A stretch of 64,000 nucleotides of DNA, from positions 179,368,001-179,432,000 of the forward strand of contig NC_086097.1 in assembly GCF_963921235.1 (NCBI RefSeq), written 5' to 3'. The translations under genes were made by a program, and so were the position numbers. How positions within the stretch are numbered: position 1 is the first letter of the stretch; the number at the start of each line of letters is the position of its first letter. This DNA is from Mobula hypostoma. Lineage: Eukaryota. Below, one piece after another: positions 51,194-64,000 of this stretch. The notes beneath the pieces are model-generated. The model saw nothing but the letters and a program-made list of their open reading frames with translations, searched no databases and had not been told where the DNA came from.

Positions 51194-53595
51194 TTAGATG
51201 CAGTGGGATAGAGTTGTCCTTGAGTCTGATGGTACATGCTTTTAGGCTTTTGTATCTTCTGCCAAGTGGGAGGTGGGAGAAGAGAGAATGTCTGGGGTAG
51301 ATGGGGATCTTTGATTGTGTTGGCTGCTCTCTTGAGGTGGTGAGATGTGCAGACAGTGTCCATGGCTGGGAGGCTGGTTTCTGTGTTGTGATGAGCTGTG
51401 TTCACAACTCTGCGGTTTCTTCTTGTCTCGGGCAGAGCAGATCCTTTACCAAGCTGTGAAACATTCAGACAGAATAGTAAAAATTGGGGAGGGTCCATGG
51501 GGATGTGTTGAATTTCTGAGCAGGTAGAGGTGTTGGTGGATTTTCTTTGCCATAGTATATATATAATTGGAGCAGGGCAGGCTGCTGATGATGTCCAGAC
51601 ACTTGAAGGTCTCAACCTGCTTGACCCCAGCAGAGCTGATGTAAGTGGAAGGTTGTTTATTCTTTTTGGAGATTGAAAAATAGGTTTGTAATGGTTTATA
51701 AAATTTTGAGGGGCATAGATAAGGTGGATGTTCAGAATCTTAACATCAGGTTAGGAGAGATTTAAGATGAGAGGGGAGAAATTGAAAGAAGATCTGAGGA
51801 GGTATTTAAAAATCACAAGATCACAAGACAAAGGAGCAGAAGTAGGCCATTCGGCCCATCGAGTCTGCTCTGCCACTCCACTGTGAGCTAAACTATTCTC
51901 CCATCTAGTTCCATTTTCCGGCTTTTTCCCCATATCCCTTGATACCCTGACTAATTACATACCTATCAATCTCCTCCTTAAACACCCTTAATGATCGGGC
52001 CTCCACTGCTGTATGTGGCCAATCAACATTTAAATAGCACCAGTGATCCAACTTCCAGGATCTCCCGAGGGAGGGGAATTCTAGAGATCCAACATAAGTA
52101 CTGTAGATATGACATGCTTGCCTTCGTCATTGGGGAACAAAGTTAGGAAGTCACATTGCGGCTGTATAAAGCTTGGGCCACATTTGGAGTATTGGTTGCA
52201 GTTCTCGTCGGCCCTCTGCAGGACGGATGTGGAGGCTTTGGAAAGGGTGCAGAAGAGGTTCATCAGGACATCTGAAATGTAGTGTTAACTATAAGGAAAG
52301 GTTGGACAAACTTTGGTTTTCTGTTCAAATTCAGAGGCTGGGGGGAGACCTGATAGCAGTTGGGAGGTGTGGATAGGGTCGACAATCAGCATCTTTTTCC
52401 GAGCTTAGAAAGGGCCACAAATACTAGAAGCCACTGGTTTAAGATGAGGGCGATAAGTTTGAGGGAGATTTGCAGGGTACCACCTTATTGACCGTCGTAG
52501 CCACTCTCAGGAAACTACGGTCTCAAAGTCTCTCTGTTCATCAGCATTCCTCAGTGCCCTACAATTTGCTGTATACGCCCTACCCCAGTCTGACTGCTGA
52601 AAAAGTATCACCTCATACTGCCAGGATGAAATTCCACATCCCAGTGCGTGGCCTAGCTTTCCACCTGAAGTTGTTAAGTAACAGGTATTTGAGTATTTCA
52701 AGAAGCATTATTCTGTGCCCTCCTGAAGTCTGCTGATAGTTGGTTCTCTGTTATTCAAGTGTCTCCCCGTTGATCTTAAATATTTACCTAGGCCGTACAT
52801 ATGTGAAAAACAGAAATGCTCTAAATACCTGATGTATATGGAATGGTTTACAGCTTGTATTCATTGGGCGGGGGGGTGGGTTGCTTACATGAGGGTCAGC
52901 ATTAAACTTATTTTGACCTGGATATGACTGTAATGTTTTTATTATTGTATTGGCTAAATCACTGAGCCTATGAGAGATTTTTGTATCAGTTTGGTGTTTA
53001 AAGATTGGGCATAGTAAACTGCTGAAGACTATGTGCCATTTCAGGCAGGTGATAAGATTTATTTTCTCTCTTTGTTGCACAGATCTCTTGGCTGTGAATG
53101 TTTCTATTTCCTTTACTCGCTGTTGCTTGCTCTTCTTGCTAGCTGTTCCCTAGCTCTTGTTCCTGTTGCTCCTTCAGACTGATCAACAGTGCAACACCAC
53201 AGCAGGTCACGTAGTCTCTCATTCTGACCTCATTGGGAGAATTGGCCTGTTAGCGCCCCTTGGGATAGCCAGGGTAATTTTCCCTTCGAATAGCAATCTC
53301 CTTTGAAAGTTCTTATGAAATCTGCTCTCTTGTCTCTGATTCTCTTCTTTTCCTACCTCTCTTTCTCCGCTCCACCTCTTCTCCTTTCACCTCTCTCGTG
53401 ACCCTTTCTTCCCTCTATCTCAACACTGTTTTCTCTTTAGACTCATTCTCTCTTCGTGCTCCTTTTTTTCTTTCGACTTTTCTGTCTTGACGTTTATCAT
53501 TCTCTCTCTCCCACTGTCTCACTCTCCTCTCATCCTGCTTCCACCTCCACTGTGTGCGCTTCCACACTCTTTAACTTTGCTTTTCTTTCTCTCAG

Positions 53596-53758
53596 GTGCG
53601 GAATCTGAGATTAGAGCAGGAACAAGAGAAAAACAAGATCCTTTCCGAGGCCCTGCAGACCCTGGCCTGTGAACATCATGAACTGGAGCAGTCTGTGGTC
53701 AAAGGGTCACCGCCACACAGTGTACTGAGTGACGATGAGTTCTATGATGCTGTTTCAG
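53596..53758 (+). CDS. OSBPL1A: Internal coding exon of oxysterol-binding protein-related protein 1 (ORP1): coiled-coil plus FFAT motif
   Basis: Long pyrimidine tract and ctcag acceptor (AG 53594-53595); donor cag|gtgggt at 53759. The 163 nt (phase 0 to 1) translate to VRNLRLEQEQEKNKILSEALQTLACEHHELEQSVVKGSPPHSVLSDDEFYDAVS, closely matching recalled human ORP1L VRNFKLEQEQEKNKILSEALETLATEHHELEQSLVKGSPPASILSEDEFYDALS. Not in the ORF track in this frame. Confidence 0.93.
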
Positions 53759-53884
53759 GTGGGTGAGTCAAAGAATATTTAAACGCAAACAACAGGAATT
53801 CTGCAGATGCTGGAAATTCAAGCAACACACATCAAAGTTGCTGGTGAACGCAGCAGGCCAAGCAGCATCTATAGGAAGAGGCGC

Positions 53885-53920
53885 AGTCGACGTTTCAGGC
53901 CGAGACCCTTCGTCAGGACT
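53885..53920 (-). ncRNA. Minimal hammerhead ribozyme (antisense to host)
   Basis: Exact reverse complement of 44542-44577. Confidence 0.8.
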
Positions 53921-55109
53921 AACTGAAGGAAGAGTGAGTAAGGGATTTGAAAGCTGGAGGGGGAGGGGGAGATGCAAAATGATAGGAGAAGACAGGAGGG
54001 GGAGGGATGGAGTCGAGAGCTGGACAGGTGATAGGCAAAAGGGGATACGAGAGGATCATGGGACAGGAGGTCCGGGAAGAAAGACAAGGGGGGGGTGACC
54101 CAGAGGATGGGCAAGAGGTATATTCAGAGGGACAGAGGGAGAAAAAGGAGAGTGAGAGAAAGAATGTGTGCATAAAAAAGAGTAACAGATGGGGTACGAG
54201 GGGGAGGTGGGGCCTAGCGGAAGTTAGAGAAGTCAATGTTCATGCCATCAGGTTGGAGGCTACCCATACGGAATATAAGGTGTTGTTCCTCCAACCTGAG
54301 TGTGGCTTCATCTTTACAGTAGAGGAGGCCGTGGATAGACATGTCAGAATGGGAATGGGATGTGGAATTAAAATGTGTGGCCACTGGGAGATCCTGCTTT
54401 CTCTGGCGGACAGAGCGTAGATGTTCAGCGAAGCGGTCTCCCAGTCTGCGTCGGGTCTCACCAATATATAAAAGGCCACATCGGGAGCACCGGACGCAGT
54501 ATATCACCCCAGTCGACTCACAGGTGAAGTGATGCCTCACCTGGAAGGACTGTTTGGGGCCCTGAATGGTGGTAAGGGAGGAAGTGTAAGGGCATGTGTA
54601 GCACTTGTTCCGCTTACACGGATAAGTGCCAGGAGGGAGATCAGTGGGGAGGGATGGGGGGGACGAATGGACAAGGGAGTTGTGTAGGAAGCGATCCCTG
54701 CGGAATGCAGAGGGGGGGGGAGGGAAAGATATGCTTAGTGGTGGGATCCCGTTGGAGGTGGCGGAAGTTACGGAGAATAATATGTTGGACCCGGAGGCTG
54801 GTGGGGTGGTAGGTGAGGACCAGGGGAACCCTATTCCTAGTGGACTATTACTCTATATTCACGTACATCTGCTCTCACTCCATCCTCCCACCACCCCTCT
54901 TCCTATAGATGCTGCTTGGCCTGCTGCGTTCACCAGCAACTTTGATGTGTGTTGCTTGAATTTCCAGCATCTGCAGAATTCCTGTTGTTTACTGCCTATC
55001 ACCTGTCCAGCTCTCGGCTCCATCCCTCCCCCTCCTGTCTTCTCCTATCATTTTGCATCTCCCCCTCTCCCTCCAGCTTTCAAATCCCTTACTCACTCTT
55101 CCTTCAGTT

Positions 55110-55145
55110 AGTCCTGACGAAGGGTCTCGGCCTGAAACGTCGACT
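55110..55145 (+). ncRNA. Minimal hammerhead ribozyme (sense to host; predicted cleavage after 55141)
   Basis: Identical to 44542-44577. Confidence 0.85.
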
Positions 55146-55442
55146 GCGCCTCTTCCTATAGATGCTGCTTGGCCTGCTGCGTTCACCAGCAACTTTGATG
55201 TGTGTTGCTTGAGTCAAAGAATAGTTATGATCAGTGTTGCAATTAATGTGATACAGCTATACGGCATAGAGACAGGCTCATGACTGGGGTGCTGGGTCCC
55301 AAAAGCCTCAACCTTTCCTGTCCACATTTCTCTCTAAATGTCTTAAACATAGTAACTGTACCTACCTCTGACAGCTTGTTCCATATATGCATCACCCTCT
55401 GTGTGTAAAAGGTTCCCATCAGGTCTCCTTTAAATCTCTCTC

Positions 55443-56532
55443 CCCCACCTTACCATCTTACATTATCCACCTTACCACCTTACATTACCCACTTCACCAT
55501 CTTACATTACCCCACCTTACCATCTTACATTACCCACCTTACCACCTTACATTACCCACTCTACCATCTTACATTACCCACCTTACCATCTTACATTACC
55601 CCACCTTACCATCTTACATTACCCACTTTACCAACTTACATTACCCACCTTACCATCTTGCATTACCCACTTTACCATCTTACATTACCCACCTTACCAT
55701 CTTACATTACCTACCTTAACATCTTACATTACCCACCTTACCATCTTACATTACCCACTCTACCATCTTACATTACCCACTCTACCATCTTACATTACCC
55801 ACCTTACCATCTTACATTACCCCACCTTACCATCTTACATTACCCACCTTACCATCTTACATTACCCACTTTACCAACTTACATTACCCACCTTACCATC
55901 TTGCATTACCCACTTTACCATCTTACCTTACCCACTTTACCATCTTACATTACTCCACCTTACCATCTTGCATTACCCACCTTACCAACTTAGATTACCC
56001 ACCTTACCATCTTACATTACCCACTTTACCATCTTACATTACCCCACCTTACCATCTTACATTACCCACCTTACCAACTTAGATTACCCAATTTACCAAC
56101 TTACATTACCCACCTTACCATCTTACATTACCCACCTTACCATCTTACATTACCCCACCTTACCATCTTGCATTACCCACTTTACCATCTTACATTACCC
56201 ACTTTACCATCTTACATTACCCACTTTACCATCTTACGTTACCCCACCTTACCATCTTAGGTTACCCACCTTACCATCTTAGGTTACCCACCTTACCATC
56301 TTACATTACCTACCTTAACATCTTACATTACCCACCTTACCATCTTACATTACCCCACCTTACCATCTTACATTACCCACCTTACCATCTTACATTACCC
56401 ACTTTACCAACTTACATTACCCACCTTACCATCTTGCATTACCCACTTTACCATCTTACATTACCCACCTTACCATCTTACATTACCCACCTTACCAACT
56501 TAGATTACCCACCTTACCATTTTAGATTTCCC
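55443..56532. repeat. ~22-bp minisatellite cccaccttaccatcttacatta, roughly 50 copies, inside a minus-strand CR1 fragment
   Basis: Directly visible; flanks cctttaaatctctc and tttagatttccc...aataaggtcacccctcag are contiguous CR1 sequence in other copies (e.g. 3420-3540). Confidence 0.95.
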
Positions 56533-57319
56533 CACCGGAGGAAAGGAGTGAAAATCCAGCTGTTCTATGTCCTGCATGATTTAGTGGACCTCAATAAGGT
56601 CACCCCTCAGTATCTGCCACTCCAGAGAAAACAGCCCTAGTTTCTGGCTCACTCCGGTGAACCTGTTAATAATTAAACTAATTCAGTTCCATGTAAAGTG
56701 TAGTATGGAGTTTTGGTGAGATTTTAAATTCTGCATAGTCTGGCTTTAAGAGATTTTCTTTATGTTGAATCATTACAAGTTTGTGCAATTTACAAATTAG
56801 CATTGGAGCCAGACCCTGCGTTAGGTCAGTCTACTGTCAGAAGGACAAAGAAGATAGTTGGGCAATTAATGCAGTATTCAGTTGCATCTGTAATGGCAAT
56901 CAGTTTCTGCCATTGTACACAAAGGATGGTGTAAATCAAATCCCACAGGAGTAAGGTAACTGTTCGTTTGCTGGTGAATCCTGAATATGTAACCTGATGT
57001 GTGATTGTACAGATATAATGCTCAAGCTCTGTAAATAGGAAAAAAGTTACCTCTAACTTTTTATGTCTTTTAAAACAATGTTAGGATGATGTTGGGTGTG
57101 AAAGATCTTCAGTGTCCCACAGCTGAGGATCTGGAGTGTAGGCGAGATGATTAGGTCATTTTCATTAGAGACGAGATGTTGAGATGGGCCTGATCAGGCA
57201 GGGTGAGGTTGAGATATTATGATGAATTAAACTGGTTAAAAGTAATTTCTATTTATTTGGGAGTTGGTAGTAAGAGAGCATATAAGAGGCATACAGAGGT
57301 GTGAAGATGCGAAAGAGCT

Positions 57320-57925
57320 TGCACATGCTGGAAATCTGAAGTAACGCACAAACTGCTGGAGGAACTCAGTGGGTCAGGCGGCATCTTTGAAGGGAAAAGG
57401 ATGTTTCAGGTTGAGACCCTTCATCAGAACTGGAAAGAAATAGGGGAGATATTCCACCTTCTTCATTCCCAGTCTGACTGCATGAAGATCAATTTCTCTC
57501 ATTTCTGGTCACCCTTGTAATAAGTAAAACAATGTCTCCCACCACCCCAATATCTTTCCTCTTCCCAACCCTTTCCACCTGCCCATCACCCACACACCCC
57601 TTTCTCCAGTTCCCTTCCTCACCTCCTTCCCTTTACTCCATGGTCCACTGTCCCCTCCTATCAGATTCCATTTTCTTCAACACTTAGCCACTTCCTCCTA
57701 TCACCTCCTTGCATCATTCCCACTCTCCCCTTCCTCACCTGCCTATCACCTGCCCTCATCTGGCTCCCCACCTAGCACCTGCCAGCACTTGCTTCCCATC
57801 TTCTTGCCAACTGTCCCTTGTTTTTCTAGTCTCAAGGAAGAGTCTCAACCTAACAAGTTATCTGTCCATTTCCCTCCACTATTGCTGCCTGCCCTGCTGA
57901 GTTCCTCAAGTGTCTTGTGTGTTAC
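57320..57925. mobile_element. Old Penelope derivative with inverted pLTR arms
   Basis: Minus pLTR 57320-57445, then plus-strand ORF end (ccagtctgactgcatgaagatcaatttctc) and pLTR ending gtgtgttact. Confidence 0.65.
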
Positions 57926-58239
57926 TGAGGTCTGAAGTATTTTTTTTATGTCGGAAAAATCTGCATGAGTTTGCTGGGGTAAAATGACACATCGGTTGGA
58001 AAGGAAATGGAAAAATTGGTGGTGTTGATGGTGTAGAGATAGTTGGAGGGTATAGACAATAAGATGGGTAAACCGACAGCAGGTGCAATTTAATCCTTCA
58101 TGAACGTGAGGTAATGCGCATCAGGAGGATTGATAAGGGTAGGTCATCGTATGTAATGAATGGTAGAACTTTCGCAAGTATTGAGGAATAGAGGGAGCTT
58201 GATAGACAATACCAGGGATCCCAGAAGGTAGCAGTGTAG

Positions 58240-58730
58240 TTCAAAGTTCAAAGTAAATTTATTATCAAAGTACATATTTGTCACCATATGCAATCCTGAG
58301 ATTCATTTTCTTGCCACCATACTCAATAAATCCATAATAGAATAATAACTGTAATAGAATCAATGAAAGACTACACCAACTTGAGCATTCAATTAGTGGG
58401 CAAACAGTACAAATTCAAAAAGGAAGAAATAATAATAAATAAGCAATAAGTATCAAAAATCTGAGATGAAGAGTCCTTGAAAGTGAGCCCATACTTGTGG
58501 GAGCAAGTGAAGTTGAGTAAAGTTATCCCCTTTGGTCAAGAGCCTGATGGTTGAGGGCTAGTAACTCTTCCTGAACCTGGTGGTTTAAGTCTTGAGGCTC
58601 TGTACCACCTTCTTGATGGCAGAAGTGAGCATGACCGGGTGTTGGGAATCTCTGCTTTCCTGCGACAATACATTGTGCTCAGTGATGGGGAGGGCTTTAC
58701 CTGTGATGGACTGGGCTGTATCCACTATAT
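58240..58730 (-). mobile_element. Rex1-like LINE 3' end with (ttcaaag)n tail
   Basis: ttcaaagttcaaagtaaatttattatcaaagtac...cctgagatt followed by the antisense RT end (ttcctgaacctggtgg). Confidence 0.65.
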
Positions 58731-59706
58731 GTAGCTAAAGCTGTAAAAAAAAAGCATACAGGATATTGCCTCCATTAGCAGGGCATGGAACTCAAAAAGT
58801 CAAGTTTATTGTTGTTTGCACAGGTGCAATGAAAAGCTTGCAGCAGTTCACATGCAAATAGCATCAGATAAGCAACTTTGACAGGAGAAAAAAAACACAC
58901 ACTAAACATAAATTACACTCAATTTTTATGTCTGAGCACGAAAGATGTTCATTTACTGCAAAATTGTCAAAGTGGTCATAATGTTGCGAAACTGGAGTGA
59001 TTATGGTTGTGCTGGTTATTTCAAGAACTGAACAGCTGAAGGGAAGTTGCTGTTCTTGAACCCAGTGGTGTGGAGCTTCATTCCTCTGTGCCTCCGGCCT
59101 GATGCTAGCTGTGAGAAGATGGCATGACCCAGGTGGTGGGGATTTTTGATGATGGGTGTTGCCTCCTGTCAGTCCTACTGATGGTGGGGAGGAATAAGTC
59201 CGTGGAGTATTGAGCAGAGTCTACTTTTCTCTGCAGCTTTTTGTGTTTCTGCACATTTAAATTGCTGTACCAAACCAAGACGCAATCAGTCAGGATACTT
59301 ACAACGGTATGGCCGCAGATAGTTGAGTGTTGGTCACGAGCTAAACCTCCATAATTTCGAAAAGGAAGTAGAAGAGTTCATGTGCCTTCCTTGTGACTGC
59401 ATCTCTGTGCTGAGTCCAGGACAGGGAAGTTAAGTTACAAATGTATAAAACATTGGTTATGCCACAGCTGGAGAGGTGTTTACCACTCGGGGATTGAGAA
59501 AGACGGCTGCAAATTGATATTAACAAGGATTAACCACTGAAATAGATCTTGAATTGATAATCCCTAAAGAATTTACAACAGGCTCCAGGTGATATTGTGT
59601 CCTTTGTTCAGATTATTAGTGTTGGGGCATTTTGTTTGAAAACCTCCAGGTGGACTTTGGAGGTTTACAGGTTGAATGTAGGTTTGATGCATAGTTTTCC
59701 TACGTA

Positions 59707-60948
<1,242 letters not shown>

Positions 60949-61399
60949 TACCTGGCTGCTCTTTTTTAAATGGAGCTGAGAGAGATGTGAAATCCTGGCA
61001 GCTCTTTGAGGCGCATTTAGAGAGGGTTATTTAAATGGATTAGCATAGATTTTCCCATCAGCAGTGAGTGAGAGCTAGTCGGGCTCAGTGCTGCTCACAG
61101 TCAGTGTGGTCAGTGTCTAGCTGTTGGTAATGACGGAGCGGTGTGCTCTGCAAGTGACCATGGATTCTAATCTCATCAAGAATATCCTGGGAAGGAGTTA
61201 GACTAACCAATCCTTGCTGAGTGTCGCCAAGAACTGTAAGTTAGAGTATCAAATGCAATGTAAGATTTTTACGTAAGGATAGGGGGAAAAGGTGAGATTG
61301 TGAGATCAGAAGTAAAGTATTTTTCTTTGAAATATCTAGAAATAAAGATCTGAAAGAGTGAAGTTCCATGCATGCAATAGAGGATTTTTGGGTACAAGA

Positions 61400-61700
61400 G
61401 AGGAGGGTTGTCAGTTGGACTGTCAGTGCCCGACGAGGTGTGTCGGAAATTGGAATGGTAGTGTCAGGTGACACTAGTGGGAGAAGGGTAGGTTGTCAGT
61501 CAGACTGTTGGTGTCGGAGAGGTGGTTGAACAGTCAGACTGCTGGTGAGAGAGGGGTAGGTTGCCAATCAGACTGTTGGTGTCGGAGAGGTGGGTCGCCA
61601 GTGTCATTGCTCAGTGAGGTGGGTCAGCAGATAGACTTGGTGCCCAGAGAGGAGGGTTGTCAATCAGACTCTCGGTGTCAGAGAGCTAGTGGTTGCAGAT
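61400..61700. repeat. Diverged tandem repeat (ggttgtcagtcagactgttggtgtcggagag-like)
   Basis: Motif recurs several times with irregular spacing. Confidence 0.6.
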
Positions 61701-62623
61701 ACTCTGGAGATGTTTAAAAGACTTAGGCATGCAGAGTGTGGGCCAAGTGCAGGCAGCAATAGGTATCATTAGCTTAATTAGTTTGGAACAGCATTGTGGG
61801 CCGAAGGGCCTGTTTCTGTGCTGTACTGTTCTATGTTCTATCCCTTTAAAACTCTTTCCTCTCAGCTTACGTCTGTCTTCCCTCTGAGGCTGAAGTAGTC
61901 AGGGGATTAACCAATAAATGTTGAAACCTGAGAGATGCCGGGTCACTGAAATTGCCCCCCCCCCCCACCCCCGTCATCTTCCTCTGGGCAGGAGAACGAT
62001 GTTTTAATGCAAAGCACACCTTGGGTTACATGAGATTTGCATTTCTGAGATGAGTTTCTTTAAGTTTGAAATGTCGGCTAAGATTGCAAAAGTTGCACTG
62101 GTAGATTAATTAGCTGCAGACTAGTACAGAGCTTTGCTAAAGTTTATTTATTAATTTTTTACCTATTTAGAAATGCAGCACAGTAACTGACCCCTTCAGC
62201 CCACGAGTTCCTGCAAAAATTGCACCCATGTGACCAATTAACTTACTAACCGGTACATGTGTGGAATTTCGGAAGGAGCTGGAGTCCATGCAGTCGCGGG
62301 GAGGATGTATAAACTCCTTACGGGGTTGCTGGCCCTGTAAAGCTTTCCGCTGACTGCAACACTACCACGCCAAACCTAAGTTTAGATCTTAGATCCCACT
62401 TTGAAGTAGTTAATTAGTACCAATCTGTACTGTAAAGCTGAAACTTCCCGGATCATGGGAGTTTCAGAATTTAGAATGTCAGGCAGTTTTAGCCTTTATT
62501 GTAGAGTGTCATAGAGTTGTACATAATGGGGAAAAAGGCCCTTCAACCCGTGTGTCCATGTCAACCAAGACGTATATTCAAGCTAATCCTATTTCCCAGC
62601 TCTTGGCCAATATGCCTCTAAAC

Positions 62624-62700
62624 CAGGGGTTCCCAACCTGGGTTCACAGACACCTCGTTAATGGTAGGAGTCCATGGCATAAAAAGGTTGGAAACCCCTG
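62624..62700. mobile_element. 77-bp hAT (Charlie-like) MITE
   Basis: TIRs caggggttcccaacct / aggttggaaacccctg; 8-bp flanks ctctaaac/ttctaagc; splits a CR1 tail. Confidence 0.8.
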
Positions 62701-64000
62701 TTCTAAGCTCTTGTCATCACCGTAACTGTACTCTCCTTCCGTGCATCTACAGTGTCTACCTTAACCGTTTCTCTGGCGGCTGGTTCCAAATCGATCACCC
62801 GCTATGTAAAGACATTTTGCCCCTCAGATTCTCGCTAAACCTTTCACCTTGAACCTGAAAACTATGTCCTTTAGTTTATGATTTTCCAACCCTGGAAAAA
62901 GGATGGTTCACCCTATCTATATCCCTCTGATTTTATATAGCTCTGTGAGGTCATCCCTCAGTCTCTTGTGCTTCCTGATTGTCTGCCTGCACTGTACTTT
63001 CCCTATAGCTGTTACACTTTATTCTGCATTCTGTTATTTTACCTTGTTCTCCCTCAATGCACTGTGTAATGATTTAATTTGTATGGACAGTATGCAGGAC
63101 AAGTTTTTCACTGTATCACAACACTTGTGACAACAATAAACCAACTTACCATTGCAATGCTTTTGTTGTATACTATAGAAAGCAGCTCTAGGAAACATCG
63201 CAGAGCTGCTTCTGATCTGCACTGTATGAATAAATATTAATTTATTCATTTACTGTAGGTCAGAGTAGTCTGTTTTTGACACAGTTAAAACATTTAATAA
63301 AAATCTAAGCTGGTGCTGACTCTGTGGATTTTATGTGTTCTCCCTTTGACTATTTTGGTTTCCCCGGGTACTCTGGTTTGCTCCGATATCCTGAAGATCT
63401 GAGGGTAGGTGACTCTTGGTCCTTAGTAAGTGAGTGGTACAATCTGAACGGGGTTGGTGGGAATGCGAGGAGAATGAAATGGAATTAGTGTAAATGAGTG
63501 GTTGGTGGTCAGCACAGATTTGATGGGCTGAAGGGCCTGTTTCTGTGCTGTATCTCTGTGTGAGAGCGAAGGAATTTTAATACTCCAGAACAAGTCTACG
63601 ATCAATAGAGATGAACTGTTTTCCTGAACGTCACTGTCATTTAAATGCAGTGCCCTATCTTCCTGAAGCTACTTACAAGTAGCTGCATAAATCCTTGACA
63701 GTGACCAGAGTTAAAAAGGCTAACGGAGCCCGGGAGGAAAGGGAGCAGTAGTGGGAATGCCAATTAATGGTGAAAAATCTTGCGGAACAGAATGCAGAAG
63801 GATCAGTTTAGCAAAAATGATGAATATTCAGAATGAGGAGACACTGTACGCTGTGTACATTTATCAGCCTGCATCCTACTTCCGAACAAGTCAACAGTTG
63901 TCCCCTCCTCACTCCCTCGCCCCTCCTTTTATCCTGCAGCAGGTCTCTCCGCTTAATGAGCATTCACTTCATGAATTGTTGCTCCAGCAAAAGGTTTTAT

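Larger units (their letters stand above)
53778..55209 (-). mobile_element. Young Penelope-like insertion with inverted pLTR and 13-14 bp TSD
   Basis: TSD tgagtcaaagaata at 53764-53777 and 55210-55223; 53778-54840 is a near-identical reverse complement of 43432-44640; plus-strand pLTR pieces at 54858-55209. Confidence 0.95.

Noticed and set aside
53487..53672. ORF-track 61-aa ORF overlapping the exon
   Set aside because: Wrong frame; it runs through the polypyrimidine tract.
53596..53758. Assignment to OSBPL2 or OSBP
   Set aside because: The EQEKNKILSEAL...EHHELEQS coiled coil directly before the FFAT motif matches ORP1L as recalled; a long-form paralogue cannot be fully excluded without a phylogeny.
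55387..56640. His/Pro/Leu-rich ORFs; telomere-like repeat
   Set aside because: Translations of a ~22-bp satellite; no TTAGGG array.
63900..64000. Next OSBPL1A exon after the ctgcag acceptor-like site
   Set aside because: The downstream translation does not resemble the expected DSESE...NGIKKHR segment; the next exon is probably outside the window.

Overview
Vertebrate genomic DNA, almost all intronic. The repeat complement (CR1, Rex1/Babar, Penelope, V-SINE-like, Tc1) suggests a cartilaginous fish, probably a ray; this is inference. The one confident host coding exon is at 53596-53758 (+, 163 nt). It encodes the coiled-coil/FFAT segment (...SDDEFYDAVS) of OSBPL1A/ORP1, so the window reads as two large introns. 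Mobile elements include three young Penelope insertions with TSDs and intact minimal hammerhead ribozymes, Rex1/Babar and CR1 LINE fragments, RTE pieces, tRNA-SINEs, several ORF-less non-autonomous retroelements, a fold-back Tc1 derivative, a Harbinger MITE and two tiny hAT MITEs. There are three minisatellites (10.4 kb, 0.55 kb, 1.1 kb). Two observations stand out. First, two independent minisatellites both appear to have arisen from the hammerhead cleavage-site segment of a Penelope pseudo-LTR. Second, the FFAT exon is bracketed by near-identical inverted Penelope copies and by two sense-strand hammerheads. All family calls come from reading and recall, not database searches, and boundaries of old fragments are approximate.
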